From: Patescibacteria group bacterium
Lineage (GTDB): Bacteria > Patescibacteriota > JABMPQ01
Reading direction: 5' to 3'
DNA length: 64,000 bases
Assembly (NCBI GenBank): GCA_041749335.1
Contig: JBGTBM010000007.1
Coordinates: 21,408-85,407, forward strand
Part shown: positions 47,653-56,727 of the stretch, one piece after another
Position numbering within the stretch: the first letter of the stretch is position 1
Layout: every line of letters begins with the position of its first letter
The notes under the pieces: generated by a model
Databases searched by the model: none
Seen by the model: only the letters and a program-made list of their open reading frames with translations
What the model was told of the DNA's origin: nothing
Program-made: the position numbers and the translations under genes

Positions 47653-48792
47653 TTAGGCCAGATTGGAAAAAACATTATCTTCAATATTGCTGAAAATTTC
47701 AACTTGTTTTAAAACTTCGCCAACTTTGGCGGCATCGGAAATTAAAAAGGGGCAGTGATGCGTATATTCTTTATCAAATTTGGACAGGAACTCATCGGAA
47801 CGCCGTTGATCCAAATATTGGTAGAGATATTTTTTTTCGATAATTCCGGAAATATGAAACAAGGAAATTCTTTTGCTGAAATCTTCAAATCCATGATAGA
47901 GCGTATGGTTTAGCTGATAATTTTCTTTGCCGGCCATGAAAGATTGAAATTTTTGATCCAGCAAGAAATGACCGACATCAAAGGTTACGGAAAAAGCGCC
48001 CGCGTCATAGTATTTTTTTACCAATCCTGTTTGATCTTCTTCCATCGCTTGATAATAAGTTTCCAGCACTTGATGGGGTGATACGCAATATCTGATATAA
48101 TGAGATGATGGCAACTCCTGATTAAGCATTTCCAGTGAGAGCGTGATTTTTAATTTATTTTTTCGCTCCAGGTGATCCAAATATTTTGCGGTGCGGATAA
48201 TGAGCTCAACTGTTTTGTTGCGGGATTTCTCCAAATCTTGAGCCATATCGGAGCTTTTTTTAACGCGGTAGGCGTGAAAACTTAGCGGTAAAATATTTTG
48301 CGGAATATCTCGGCTGATTTTATTTGCCAAGTGTACGCAATTATTAAAAAGTTTGTCTTGGGGATCGGTATAAATAAAATCGTCGGTGGGCAAATGGATG
48401 GTAAAATCCAGCTTGCCGTTTAGTTTATTAAAAAATTCTTTATAGGCATCATAATGGCTTTTGGAAATTGAGCGGCCAACTTCATCTTTTTTAGGCTGGT
48501 TATTAAAATATGAAATAGCCAGGTAGCGGACAATATTCAAATTGACGAAATCAAAGCCCAACCTTTTAAAATAAATCGCGCGGTTGATCATATCGCTGCC
48601 CAGCAGTCGGTCTAAGTATTCATTCGGACCGATATTAATGCCGAATAAGGTGTTTTTAACCCGGTTTTTAATGCAGGCGGTCTTTAATTTTTTTAGTGAA
48701 TCAAGGATAATAAAATCAAACGAAAGATTGGTATTTTTAATCAAATAATCCACTTCCTTAAAATCAATTTCAAATTCTAAGTATTTATTCAT
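47653..48792 (-). CDS. Xylose-isomerase/AP-endonuclease-2-like TIM-barrel protein (probable start ATG 48792)
   Basis: Metal-ligand pattern TIHLP, SFHA, SLEMLN, TFDVGH, FHISG, HHCP. Confidence 0.6.
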   Translation of the reverse strand: MNKYLEFEIDFKEVDYLIKNTNLSFDFIILDSLKKLKTACIKNRVKNTLFGINIGPNEYLDRLLGSDMINRAIYFKRLGFDFVNLNIVRYLAISYFNNQPKKDEVGRSISKSHYDAYKEFFNKLNGKLDFTIHLPTDDFIYTDPQDKLFNNCVHLANKISRDIPQNILPLSFHAYRVKKSSDMAQDLEKSRNKTVELIIRTAKYLDHLERKNKLKITLSLEMLNQELPSSHYIRYCVSPHQVLETYYQAMEEDQTGLVKKYYDAGAFSVTFDVGHFLLDQKFQSFMAGKENYQLNHTLYHGFEDFSKRISLFHISGIIEKKYLYQYLDQRRSDEFLSKFDKEYTHHCPFLISDAAKVGEVLKQVEIFSNIEDNVFSNLA

Positions 48793-48928
48793 ATTTATTG
48801 CGCAAGCTGAATACTTTAGTATGATACATTTTAGCGCTATGCGCAAGCCGATAAAATATTAATTAAGATTTATTCACTTTGACATTAGATCGGTTTGACC
48901 TTATAATTTTTTATAGTAATCAAATAAT

Positions 48929-49396
48929 ATGCAAAATAATTTATTAATCATAATTTTCGTTCTTTTGGCCGCTCTTATCGGCTGGCTTATTTATCTGTCA
49001 TTTCGGTTTTTTTCGTATCTTAAAGAAAAAGAAGAACTGCTAAAAAAAGCGCGGAAAAAGGGGATCGAGGCCCTATTGGAGGAAAGCTTAAAATTAAGTG
49101 AAGATGCCCAGCAAGAAATAAAAAAAATTCAAGAAGCCTTGGATCAATTGGGAAAAATTGCCATGGTGAGCATTACCAAGGTCGCAACGGTTCGCTTTAA
49201 TCCTTTTCAGGATACGGGCGGCGATCAAAGTTTTTGCATTGCTTTATTAAACGCCAATAATTCCGGCGTGGTAATTTCCAGTTTGCATGGCCGGGAAGGT
49301 ACGAGGGTATATTCCAAGCCGATTAAAGAAGGCAAGTCGGAGTATTATTTGACTGGCGAAGAGATTAAGGCAATTGAAAAAGCGCAAAAAAAATAA
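48929..49396 (+). CDS. DUF4446-family membrane protein
   Basis: TM, coiled coil, VRFNPFQDTGGDQSF.IALL...SG.VISSLHGREGTRVYSKPI...L..EE. Confidence 0.85.
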   Translation: MQNNLLIIIFVLLAALIGWLIYLSFRFFSYLKEKEELLKKARKKGIEALLEESLKLSEDAQQEIKKIQEALDQLGKIAMVSITKVATVRFNPFQDTGGDQSFCIALLNANNSGVVISSLHGREGTRVYSKPIKEGKSEYYLTGEEIKAIEKAQKK

Positions 49397-49412
49397 AAAA
49401 TAATATAAAATT

Positions 49413-49925
49413 ATGGCCAACAGACATCTGCTTAGAACTATCGCGATGCAAACACTGTATCAGTGGGATTTTTATGGCAAAGACAGTAAAAATATCGATA
49501 AATACATTATTGAAAATATTGAAAAATTTGCTTCCAATACAAACAAAGAAGACCGGCAGTATATTGTTGACAGTGTGCGCGGAGTGATAAAAAAATCAAC
49601 CTACATTGATAAGCTGATAGAAAAAACAGCTCCGGAATGGCCAATTGATCAGATTACCATGGTGGATAGAAATGTGCTCCGCCTGGGTATTTATGAATTG
49701 AAATATTCCGAGGATATTCCTCCCAAGGTTGCCATTAATGAAGCGATTGAACTGGGCAAGGCCTTTGGGGGAAAGTCTTCGGGAAAGTTTGTTAACGGAG
49801 TTTTGGGAACGATTTTTCGAGAATTGGATGAAAAAAAGAATAAGTCGAAAGCTCAAGCGGAAAAAGTTTTGGACGAAGAAGAATTAGCCAAAGAAGCGGA
49901 AGAAGATAATAAAAAGGATAAATAA
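49413..49925 (+). CDS. nusB: Transcription antitermination factor NusB
   Basis: [46 protein letters not shown]...[10 protein letters not shown]. Confidence 0.96.
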   Translation: MANRHLLRTIAMQTLYQWDFYGKDSKNIDKYIIENIEKFASNTNKEDRQYIVDSVRGVIKKSTYIDKLIEKTAPEWPIDQITMVDRNVLRLGIYELKYSEDIPPKVAINEAIELGKAFGGKSSGKFVNGVLGTIFRELDEKKNKSKAQAEKVLDEEELAKEAEEDNKKDK

Positions 49926-49927
49926 GC

Positions 49928-50623
49928 ATGGTGAAAAAAATAACTCAACTAGAGAAAAACATCGGCCTTAAATTTAATAATATTGATCTTTTGCGCCAGG
50001 CGATGGTGCATCGTTCATATATTAATGAGAATAAGGATTTCCCTCTGGATCATAATGAAAGGCTGGAATTTTTGGGTGATGCAGTGCTGGAACTGGTGGT
50101 AACCGACCATTTATTTTTGAAATATCCCAATCCGGAAGGCGAGCTGACCAATTGGAGATCGGCTTTGGTAAATTCCACTATGCTTTCCGAAAAATCTCAA
50201 CAGCTGGGCATTAACGATTATCTTTTTTTGAGCCGAGGCGAAGCCAAAGATATCGGCAAGGCGCGGGAAATAATATTAGCCAACGCTTTTGAAGCGCTGA
50301 TTGGCGCAATTTATTTAGACCAAGGCTATGAAAAGGCGCGGGAATTTATTACCGATAAAATAATTTCCGAACTGCCGCGTATTTTAGAGCTAGGATTATA
50401 TTTGGATCCTAAAAGCAAACTGCAAGAGCTGGTTCAGGAAAAATTCAGCATTACTCCCGGGTATCAGGTGATAGACGAATGGGGCCCCGACCACGCCAAA
50501 AAATTTAAAGTCGCTGTTTTAGTAGAAGATAAAAAAATCGGAGAAGGCGAGGGGCCAAGCAAGCAAGAGGCACAAGTCAGCGCGGCCAAGGATGCGCTCC
50601 TGGACGACAAATGGAAAAAATAA
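49928..50623 (+). CDS. rnc: Ribonuclease III
   Basis: HNERLEFLGDAVL signature; dsRBD DPKSKLQE...GPDHAK.F...G.G.SKQEAQ..AA. Confidence 0.97.
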   Translation: MVKKITQLEKNIGLKFNNIDLLRQAMVHRSYINENKDFPLDHNERLEFLGDAVLELVVTDHLFLKYPNPEGELTNWRSALVNSTMLSEKSQQLGINDYLFLSRGEAKDIGKAREIILANAFEALIGAIYLDQGYEKAREFITDKIISELPRILELGLYLDPKSKLQELVQEKFSITPGYQVIDEWGPDHAKKFKVAVLVEDKKIGEGEGPSKQEAQVSAAKDALLDDKWKK

Positions 50624-50730
50624 TATATTGCTAATCGAGTAAAAAACGGCAGGATTAGATCCTGTCTTTTTGTAGGAAGTTGACATATAACATATAGCCT
50701 GCAACACGTAGAAAATATTAAATTAAAAAA

Positions 50731-51225
50731 GTGGAAATATTTCTAACAATTATCATCATAGCCTTGGTGGTTGCGCTGATGGCGGTCGGCGTAGTCGGAA
50801 TTTTCGTACCATTTTTGCCCGATGTGGTTTTTATTTTATTGGGCGCTTTGGTATATGGGCTTTATGACGGTTTTGAAAATATTTCCGGGTGGACTTATTT
50901 AACTCTTTTGATATTGGCGCTGATAATAACTTTGATAGATTATTTTGCCACAATCGTCGGCGCCAAAAGACTGGGAGCGACGAAATATGGCATTATTGGC
51001 GGAATCATCGGTGGCATTTTGGGTTTGCTGGGAGGAAGCATTTTTGGTCTGCTGATCGGTTTTATTGCGGGAACTATTTTAGGCGAGTTGCTGTCGGGGC
51101 GCGATCTTGCTTCATCGTTAAAATCCGGGGGCGGAGCGCTACTGGGTATTTTGGGGGGATCATTGGTGAAGTTGATAATCGCTTTTATTATGATTGTAAT
51201 ATTTATTTTGGCGGTTATTTTTTAA
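50731..51225 (+). CDS. DUF456-family membrane protein
   Basis: G.VG..VP.LP, DY......AKR.GATKYG..G..IG, GELL. Confidence 0.85.
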   Translation: MEIFLTIIIIALVVALMAVGVVGIFVPFLPDVVFILLGALVYGLYDGFENISGWTYLTLLILALIITLIDYFATIVGAKRLGATKYGIIGGIIGGILGLLGGSIFGLLIGFIAGTILGELLSGRDLASSLKSGGGALLGILGGSLVKLIIAFIMIVIFILAVIF

Positions 51226-51256
51226 ATGGCACCTTAACATCAAAAAAGGAGGATAG

Positions 51257-51730
51257 ATGGTTGCGAGCCAGACTTTAAATTTATTCGATCAGGTCCGAAA
51301 ATTAATGGAGCCGGAAATTGATCCTAAAAAGATTGTAGTGATTAGATGCGTCAAGGCCGGCTGGGAATATGACATGTCTATTATCACCGGAGAAAAAAGT
51401 TATCCTTTATATGAAGACGCCACTTTGATGTTTTTGCGGGATAATTTACTTAGAGAGGATAATGAAGCCAGGCTGGTGCTGCTTTGTGATAGCGGCCTTG
51501 ATCGTCGCAGCTGCAACGAGGTTCAAGGATTTATGCCCGATAAGCGCAAAGCCGCTTTGTTACATGGCGTGAAGTGCTTACTGATGATAGCCCGGGATAA
51601 ATTAATTCTTGAGCGGCTGCTTAGAGAGGATGATTTTTTATACCTGGCGACCATCGAGGGCGGCGAAATTCAATTTCACGTGAAAAGGAAAATATTAATT
51701 ATGGAATTTATTCGCACCCTGATCGCATAA
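51257..51730 (+). CDS. Hypothetical orphan protein
   Basis: boxA-like GGCACCTTAACA (51228) and AGGAGG (51247) upstream; terminator 51729-51752. Confidence 0.7.
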   Translation: MVASQTLNLFDQVRKLMEPEIDPKKIVVIRCVKAGWEYDMSIITGEKSYPLYEDATLMFLRDNLLREDNEARLVLLCDSGLDRRSCNEVQGFMPDKRKAALLHGVKCLLMIARDKLILERLLREDDFLYLATIEGGEIQFHVKRKILIMEFIRTLIA

Positions 51731-51754
51731 ACAGCTTTTAATAGCTGTTTTTCA

Positions 51755-51826
51755 TTGACGCTGTATTTTTGATTGCTTATATTGTAATATTGACGGCAAA
51801 TTTCAATTGATCTTTCAGGAGGAGGG
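51755..51826 (+). promoter_or_regulatory. sigma70 promoter, boxA-like motif and strong SD
   Basis: TTGACG(51755)-17-TATATT; TGATCTTTCAGG at 51808; AGGAGGAGGG at 51817. Confidence 0.7.
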
Positions 51827-51831
51827 ATAAA

Positions 51832-52068
51832 ATGTATACTCACTTGATTTGTCCGGGCTGCGGAGAGTTAGTGCCGGTTTTAAAAAAGCAGAGCTGGGAG
51901 TATCTGTCTGATTCAAGCGAATATATTTGTTCCAAATGCCAAGGGCATTGGCACGTATTTGCGGTAGCCGGCAGGCGGCCGTTTATTATAAATATCAAGG
52001 AAAATAGTTCCGATAAAAACCTAGACGAATGGATCAAGGAACAATTTCAGGAGTACCTGCGTTCATAA
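51832..52068 (+). CDS. Small Zn-ribbon protein
   Basis: CPGCG...CSKC; own promoter, SD and terminator (52077-52105). Confidence 0.7.
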   Translation: MYTHLICPGCGELVPVLKKQSWEYLSDSSEYICSKCQGHWHVFAVAGRRPFIINIKENSSDKNLDEWIKEQFQEYLRS

Positions 52069-52250
52069 TTAACCATAAGCTTAGCAATTTACCGCTAAGC
52101 TTTTTAATTACACGATAACTGATTAAAAAAAATTCATTATCGAAAATAGATCACAGTCTGAGGCTACGTTTTTTATTGCCTATCAATCAAATATTATATA
52201 TATTTAAATTAAATATGGGACTACCTGGTCCCTTGGTTTAATTTATTTAA

Positions 52251-54881
52251 ATGCATTTAGAGAAGCTTGAAATACAAGGATTTAAGTCTTTTGCTCCCAA
52301 GACTACTATTAATTTGGATCGGGGCATTACGGCTATTGTCGGCCCGAACGGTTCCGGAAAAAGTAATGTGGCGGATGCCATCAGGTGGGTAATGGGAGAA
52401 CAAAGCATAAAAAATCTTCGCGGCAAAAAAAGTGAAGATATTATTTTTGCCGGCTCAAATGCAAAAGGAAAGATGGGCATGGCGGAAGTTTCTTTGTATT
52501 TAAATAATGAAGACAGCCGAGTGCCGATCGATTATTCGCAAGTGGTTTTGACGCGCAGGCTATATCGCAGCGGGGAAAGCGAATATTTATTAAATAGAAG
52601 CAAGGTGCGCCTGCTGGATATCCATGAATTGTTGGCCAAGGCGGGTTTCGGCCAAAAAACTTACAGCGTGATCGGGCAGGGGATGATTGATGTGATTTTA
52701 CGATCAGGCCCGAAAGAACGGCGGGAAATGTTTGAAGAAGCGGCGGGCATTAAGCATTTTCAATTAAAAAGAAATTCCAGTCTTAATAAGCTGGAGCGCA
52801 CAAAGCATAATTTAGTGCGGGTGGGCGATTTACTGAATGAAATCGGACCGCGGCGAAATTCACTAAAAAGGCAAGCTAGTCGCGCCATGAAAAAAGATGA
52901 AATCAGGCAGGAACTGAAAGTTTTGCAGGAAGAGTATTTTAATTATTTATGGAATAAAAATCGAGAAAAAATTGATGCAGCGGCGGCAGAAGGCGCGGTA
53001 TATTTACAGCAAGAAAAAGACATAGAGAAAGAAATTAATAATATTAAGCTGAAACTAAATCAAGCGGAAGAAAATATTGATTACAGCCGCGAGGATGAGC
53101 TGCTAAATAAGTTAAATAAATTAAACGGCGAAAAAAACAGCCATAGGGAAAGATTGGCGATGATTGAAGGAAGGATCGAAGCGGTAACGCAAAAAGATTT
53201 ATCAATCGGCTGGGGTGATTTTGAAAAAAGCCGGTCGTCGCTCACCGAAGAAAAAAACATTATTGTTAATGATCTTAAAAATTTACAAGCGGAAAAAAAC
53301 GATTTGCAGGAACGAATGGCATCCAATATTGATAAGATTGAGCAGATTGATAAAGAAAAGATTGTGCTGGATGGCGATTTGGAAGCGCTGCGGAGTCAGG
53401 CTGAAAGCGGCGGGCTTATGGAAATTAATCAGGATATCAGCCAGTTAAGCGATATCCAAAATAATTTTTTTGCTGATGTTGAAGACTGCAAAAATTTAGA
53501 CGATTTGGAATTATTAAAGCAAAAAGCAAAGGGCGTCCGGGGCAAAATTAAGGAAATATTTAGGCGAGTCAAAGACAGAACCGGCGGATCAAGTTTTGAT
53601 CAAGAGCAGCTGCGCTCAATCCAAGGCCAGCTAGAAAATATTATCAAGCATAAGATCGAATTGGAACAGGACAATACGGACATTAAGATTAAATTGGCGG
53701 TAATTGATAATAAAATTGAAAATCAGCAGCAAGCAGCGGGAAAAAACGAAAAAGAACTGAAAGAAATAACGGACCGGATGGAAAATTTTACCAGCGAGGA
53801 TGAAGGAGAAAATTTGGCGTTAAAACAATTATCGCTGGACAAAGAGGTTTGGCAAAAAAAGTTTGATTCGATCACCGAAGAAGTTACTCGGATTGAAGAG
53901 GAGCTGAAACAGGAAAGAATAAAAGAAAGAAGCGCTCGCAAAGATTTGTTTGAAATGGAAAAAGAATATCGAGATTTCCAAGAGAAATTAAACAATGTCC
54001 GAAACAATATTAATCAAAATCAGATAAAAATGGCCGGATTGGAAAACGACCGGAAGCTGATTGTTGATGAGATAGTGGATAATACATCCCAAGAAGAGTA
54101 CCATAAATTGATTATCTTATTTGAAAAAAATCCGCTTTCTATCCTTCCAGAAAGAGAACAAGAATTGAAGCAAAAAATTGGAAAAATGAGAAAACAAATG
54201 ATTGCGATCGGAGAAATAGACCCGCAAGTGGTGACTGAATACGAGGAGTGTGAAAAAAGATATACATATCTCTTCGGCCAAAAAGACGATTTGGAAAAGG
54301 CCATGGAATCTTTGAAAAAAGTTATTGCCGAATTGGATGAAACCATCAATGAAAAATTCAATATTGCTTTCAAAAACATCAATGAGCAGTTTCAAAAATA
54401 TTTTGAAGTGTTATTTGGCGGCGGCCGGGCAAAATTAATTAAGAAAAAAGTCCGAGTTAAAGAAGGCGTAGATCATGATGATCAGGAGGAAACGGAAGAA
54501 ATTAATGCCGGCGGCGCTAAATTTAAAGAAGAAGAACAGATAGAAATACTGGCCACTCCGCCGGGCAAGAAATTAAAAAATCTAGGCATGCTTTCCGGAG
54601 GGGAAAGGGCTTTAACTTCAATTGCGCTGCTTTTTGCGATTATTACCAATAACCCGGCGCCCTTTATGGTTTTGGATGAAGTGGATGCCGCGCTGGACGA
54701 ATCAAATTCCTCTCGCTACGCCGATATCGTAACTTCTCTTGCCGATAAATCACAATTCATTATAATAACTCACAACAGAGAAACCATGAGAAGGGCCAGC
54801 TTGTTATATGGGGTTACCATGGAACAATCTGGAATCTCAAAATTATTATCTGTCAAATTAGATAGCTTACCAAATAATTAA
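52251..54881 (+). CDS. smc: SMC-family chromosome segregation ATPase, shortened
   Basis: IQGFKSF, GPNGSGKSN, LSGGE, VLDEVDAALD, IITH; 876 aa. Confidence 0.9.
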   Translation: MHLEKLEIQGFKSFAPKTTINLDRGITAIVGPNGSGKSNVADAIRWVMGEQSIKNLRGKKSEDIIFAGSNAKGKMGMAEVSLYLNNEDSRVPIDYSQVVLTRRLYRSGESEYLLNRSKVRLLDIHELLAKAGFGQKTYSVIGQGMIDVILRSGPKERREMFEEAAGIKHFQLKRNSSLNKLERTKHNLVRVGDLLNEIGPRRNSLKRQASRAMKKDEIRQELKVLQEEYFNYLWNKNREKIDAAAAEGAVYLQQEKDIEKEINNIKLKLNQAEENIDYSREDELLNKLNKLNGEKNSHRERLAMIEGRIEAVTQKDLSIGWGDFEKSRSSLTEEKNIIVNDLKNLQAEKNDLQERMASNIDKIEQIDKEKIVLDGDLEALRSQAESGGLMEINQDISQLSDIQNNFFADVEDCKNLDDLELLKQKAKGVRGKIKEIFRRVKDRTGGSSFDQEQLRSIQGQLENIIKHKIELEQDNTDIKIKLAVIDNKIENQQQAAGKNEKELKEITDRMENFTSEDEGENLALKQLSLDKEVWQKKFDSITEEVTRIEEELKQERIKERSARKDLFEMEKEYRDFQEKLNNVRNNINQNQIKMAGLENDRKLIVDEIVDNTSQEEYHKLIILFEKNPLSILPEREQELKQKIGKMRKQMIAIGEIDPQVVTEYEECEKRYTYLFGQKDDLEKAMESLKKVIAELDETINEKFNIAFKNINEQFQKYFEVLFGGGRAKLIKKKVRVKEGVDHDDQEETEEINAGGAKFKEEEQIEILATPPGKKLKNLGMLSGGERALTSIALLFAIITNNPAPFMVLDEVDAALDESNSSRYADIVTSLADKSQFIIITHNRETMRRASLLYGVTMEQSGISKLLSVKLDSLPNN

Positions 54882-54887
54882 AATATT

Positions 54888-55367
54888 ATGTTAGTAATTA
54901 GATTATCCAGAGTGGGAAAAAAGAATCAGGCAATTTATCGAATTGTCGTAGCGGAAAAAGAAAAATCAGCCAAGGGTAAATTTCTTGAAGAATTAGGAAC
55001 TTATTATCCTAGGATTGATAAGGATAATGTTAAAATAAACCAAGAAAAGATAAAATATTGGTTGGAAAAGGGTGCGCAGCCGTCCTTGACGATGTTGGGA
55101 ATTTTGAAGAAGCAAAGCTTATTGCCGGAAAATTTAACTAAGCAATATGACCGCTATATTGATCACATGAAGAAGCATAAGAAAAGCGCTAAAAAGAATG
55201 CGCCGGCAGAAGAAGATAAAACAAAAGCGGTAGCGGGTGAAAGCAAGCAGGAAGAAAAACCCGTAGAGGCAAAAAAAGAAATTAAGGCCGAGCAAGCAAA
55301 GCCGGCAGCGGAAAAAGTTGAAAAGAAAAAAGAAGTTAGCGCAAAAAAGCCGGAAGACGCCAAATAA
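54888..55367 (+). CDS. rpsP: 30S ribosomal protein S16 with K/E/A-rich tail
   Basis: MLVIRLSRVGKKNQ..YRIVV, E.LGTY.P, YWL.KGAQPS. Confidence 0.95.
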   Translation: MLVIRLSRVGKKNQAIYRIVVAEKEKSAKGKFLEELGTYYPRIDKDNVKINQEKIKYWLEKGAQPSLTMLGILKKQSLLPENLTKQYDRYIDHMKKHKKSAKKNAPAEEDKTKAVAGESKQEEKPVEAKKEIKAEQAKPAAEKVEKKKEVSAKKPEDAK

Positions 55368-55371
55368 TTGA

Positions 55372-55400
55372 TTGACAAAAATAATACAATTTAGTAGAAT
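55372..55400 (+). promoter_or_regulatory. sigma70 promoter for khpA
   Basis: TTGACA-17-TAGAAT. Confidence 0.75.
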
Positions 55401-55515
55401 AGTTACTAAGCTAGCAACTTATAGTGTCTAATGTTAGACCTAAAAGGTCGACCAGCTAGTGTGTAATTAAACTGCTTATTGCAGAATAAGGTAAATAAAT
55501 AACTAAAGAAAAAGT

Positions 55516-55851
55516 ATGGCAGAAGAAAATAAAGACTTACAGTTTGTCGAGTACGTGGTAAAAGCGTTAGTAGACAAACCAGAAGTGGTAAAAGCCGAAA
55601 GAAAAATTGACGAAATGGGTGTATTAATTACCCTAGACGTTGATCCAGCAGACATGGGTCAAATCATTGGTCGTCAAGGCCAAACAGCTAGAGCAATCAG
55701 AACATTGCTTAAAGTTGTCGGAGCTAAAAACAATGCGAGAGTAAACCTAAAAATCAATGAGCCGGAAGGTTCTAAGAGGTCTCCAAAAGCTCCAGCCGCA
55801 GAAGTTTCACAAGAAGCTTCAGATGATGTAGTTGAAGATTTAAAACTTTAA
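55516..55851 (+). CDS. khpA: KH-domain RNA-binding protein KhpA (YlqC)
   Basis: FVEYVVKALVD.P, DMGQIIGRQGQTARAIRTLL; rpsP-khpA-trmD synteny. Confidence 0.92.
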   Translation: MAEENKDLQFVEYVVKALVDKPEVVKAERKIDEMGVLITLDVDPADMGQIIGRQGQTARAIRTLLKVVGAKNNARVNLKINEPEGSKRSPKAPAAEVSQEASDDVVEDLKL

Positions 55852-55874
55852 AAATTACTACATTTACTTAATAA

Positions 55875-55910
55875 AAAACCCGTGATATCTTAATGGTACC
55901 GCGGGTTTTT
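55875..55910 (+). terminator. Intrinsic terminator
   Basis: aaaaaacccgtg...cgcgggttttt. Confidence 0.7.
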
Positions 55911-55921
55911 ATATATAAAAA

Positions 55922-56614
55922 ATGACAAAATTACAATTTGATATTCTAACTCTTTTCCCGGATATGTTTCCCGGATACCTCAATAAAAGCATTATGGGCC
56001 GAGCGCAGCAAAAAGGCCTTATTAAAATTAATATCCATGATATCCGAAAATATGCACTAGATAAGCACCGGATAACTGATGAAAAGCCTTATGGAGGAGG
56101 ACCGGGCATGGTATTGAAAGTAGAGCCGATTTATCGAAATTTGAAACAGATTATCTCTCGCAGCAGAGTGGGCTTGAAATTTAGAAAAATTATTTTATTA
56201 TCGCCGCAGGGCAAGAAGTTTGATCAGGCGATGGCCAAAAAATATATCAAGCTTAAGCATATCGTTTTAATCGCGGGCCGGTACGAAGGTTTGGATGAAA
56301 GAATAAATAAATTGGTAGACGAACAAATTTCAATCGGAGACTATGTGCTGACCGGCGGGGAGCTGCCAGCCATGGTGATGATTGACGCGATCGCTCGATT
56401 GGTGCCGGGAGTGGTGGGGAAAGAAATATCTTTGGCTGAAGAAACTTTTGTCAGAAAAGGTTTTATTGAATATCCTCAATATACTCGGCCGGATAAATTT
56501 CAATATGTTGATTGGCAGGGAATAAAAAAAACCGCTTCGGTTCCGCGGATTTTACTTTCCGGAGACCATAAAAAAATTAAAAATTGGCGGGAAAAACACA
56601 GTAAAAAAAGATAA
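55922..56614 (+). CDS. trmD: tRNA (guanine-N1)-methyltransferase
   Basis: TLFP.MF, D..PYGGGPGMV, GRYEGLDER, SIGDYVLTGGELPA, EYPQYTRP, LLSGDH. Confidence 0.97.
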   Translation: MTKLQFDILTLFPDMFPGYLNKSIMGRAQQKGLIKINIHDIRKYALDKHRITDEKPYGGGPGMVLKVEPIYRNLKQIISRSRVGLKFRKIILLSPQGKKFDQAMAKKYIKLKHIVLIAGRYEGLDERINKLVDEQISIGDYVLTGGELPAMVMIDAIARLVPGVVGKEISLAEETFVRKGFIEYPQYTRPDKFQYVDWQGIKKTASVPRILLSGDHKKIKNWREKHSKKR

Positions 56615-56618
56615 TATG

Positions 56619-56627
56619 TTATCCACA
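56619..56627 (+). promoter_or_regulatory. Perfect DnaA box
   Basis: TTATCCACA immediately after the trmD stop codon. Confidence 0.4.
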
Positions 56628-56727
56628 GACGGTAAGCTCTTATTTTGCTAATATTTTATTTTTTTGGTATAATATTGTAAATTTAATAAACATATAAAAA
56701 ACAAATTACAATTAATAAACAAATTAT

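Noticed and set aside
50670-50710. TTGTAGGAAGT followed by AGTTGACATATAA as a further dif site
   Set aside because: Both resemble Xer arms but they overlap back-to-back instead of forming an 11-6-11 site; at most a degenerate relic.
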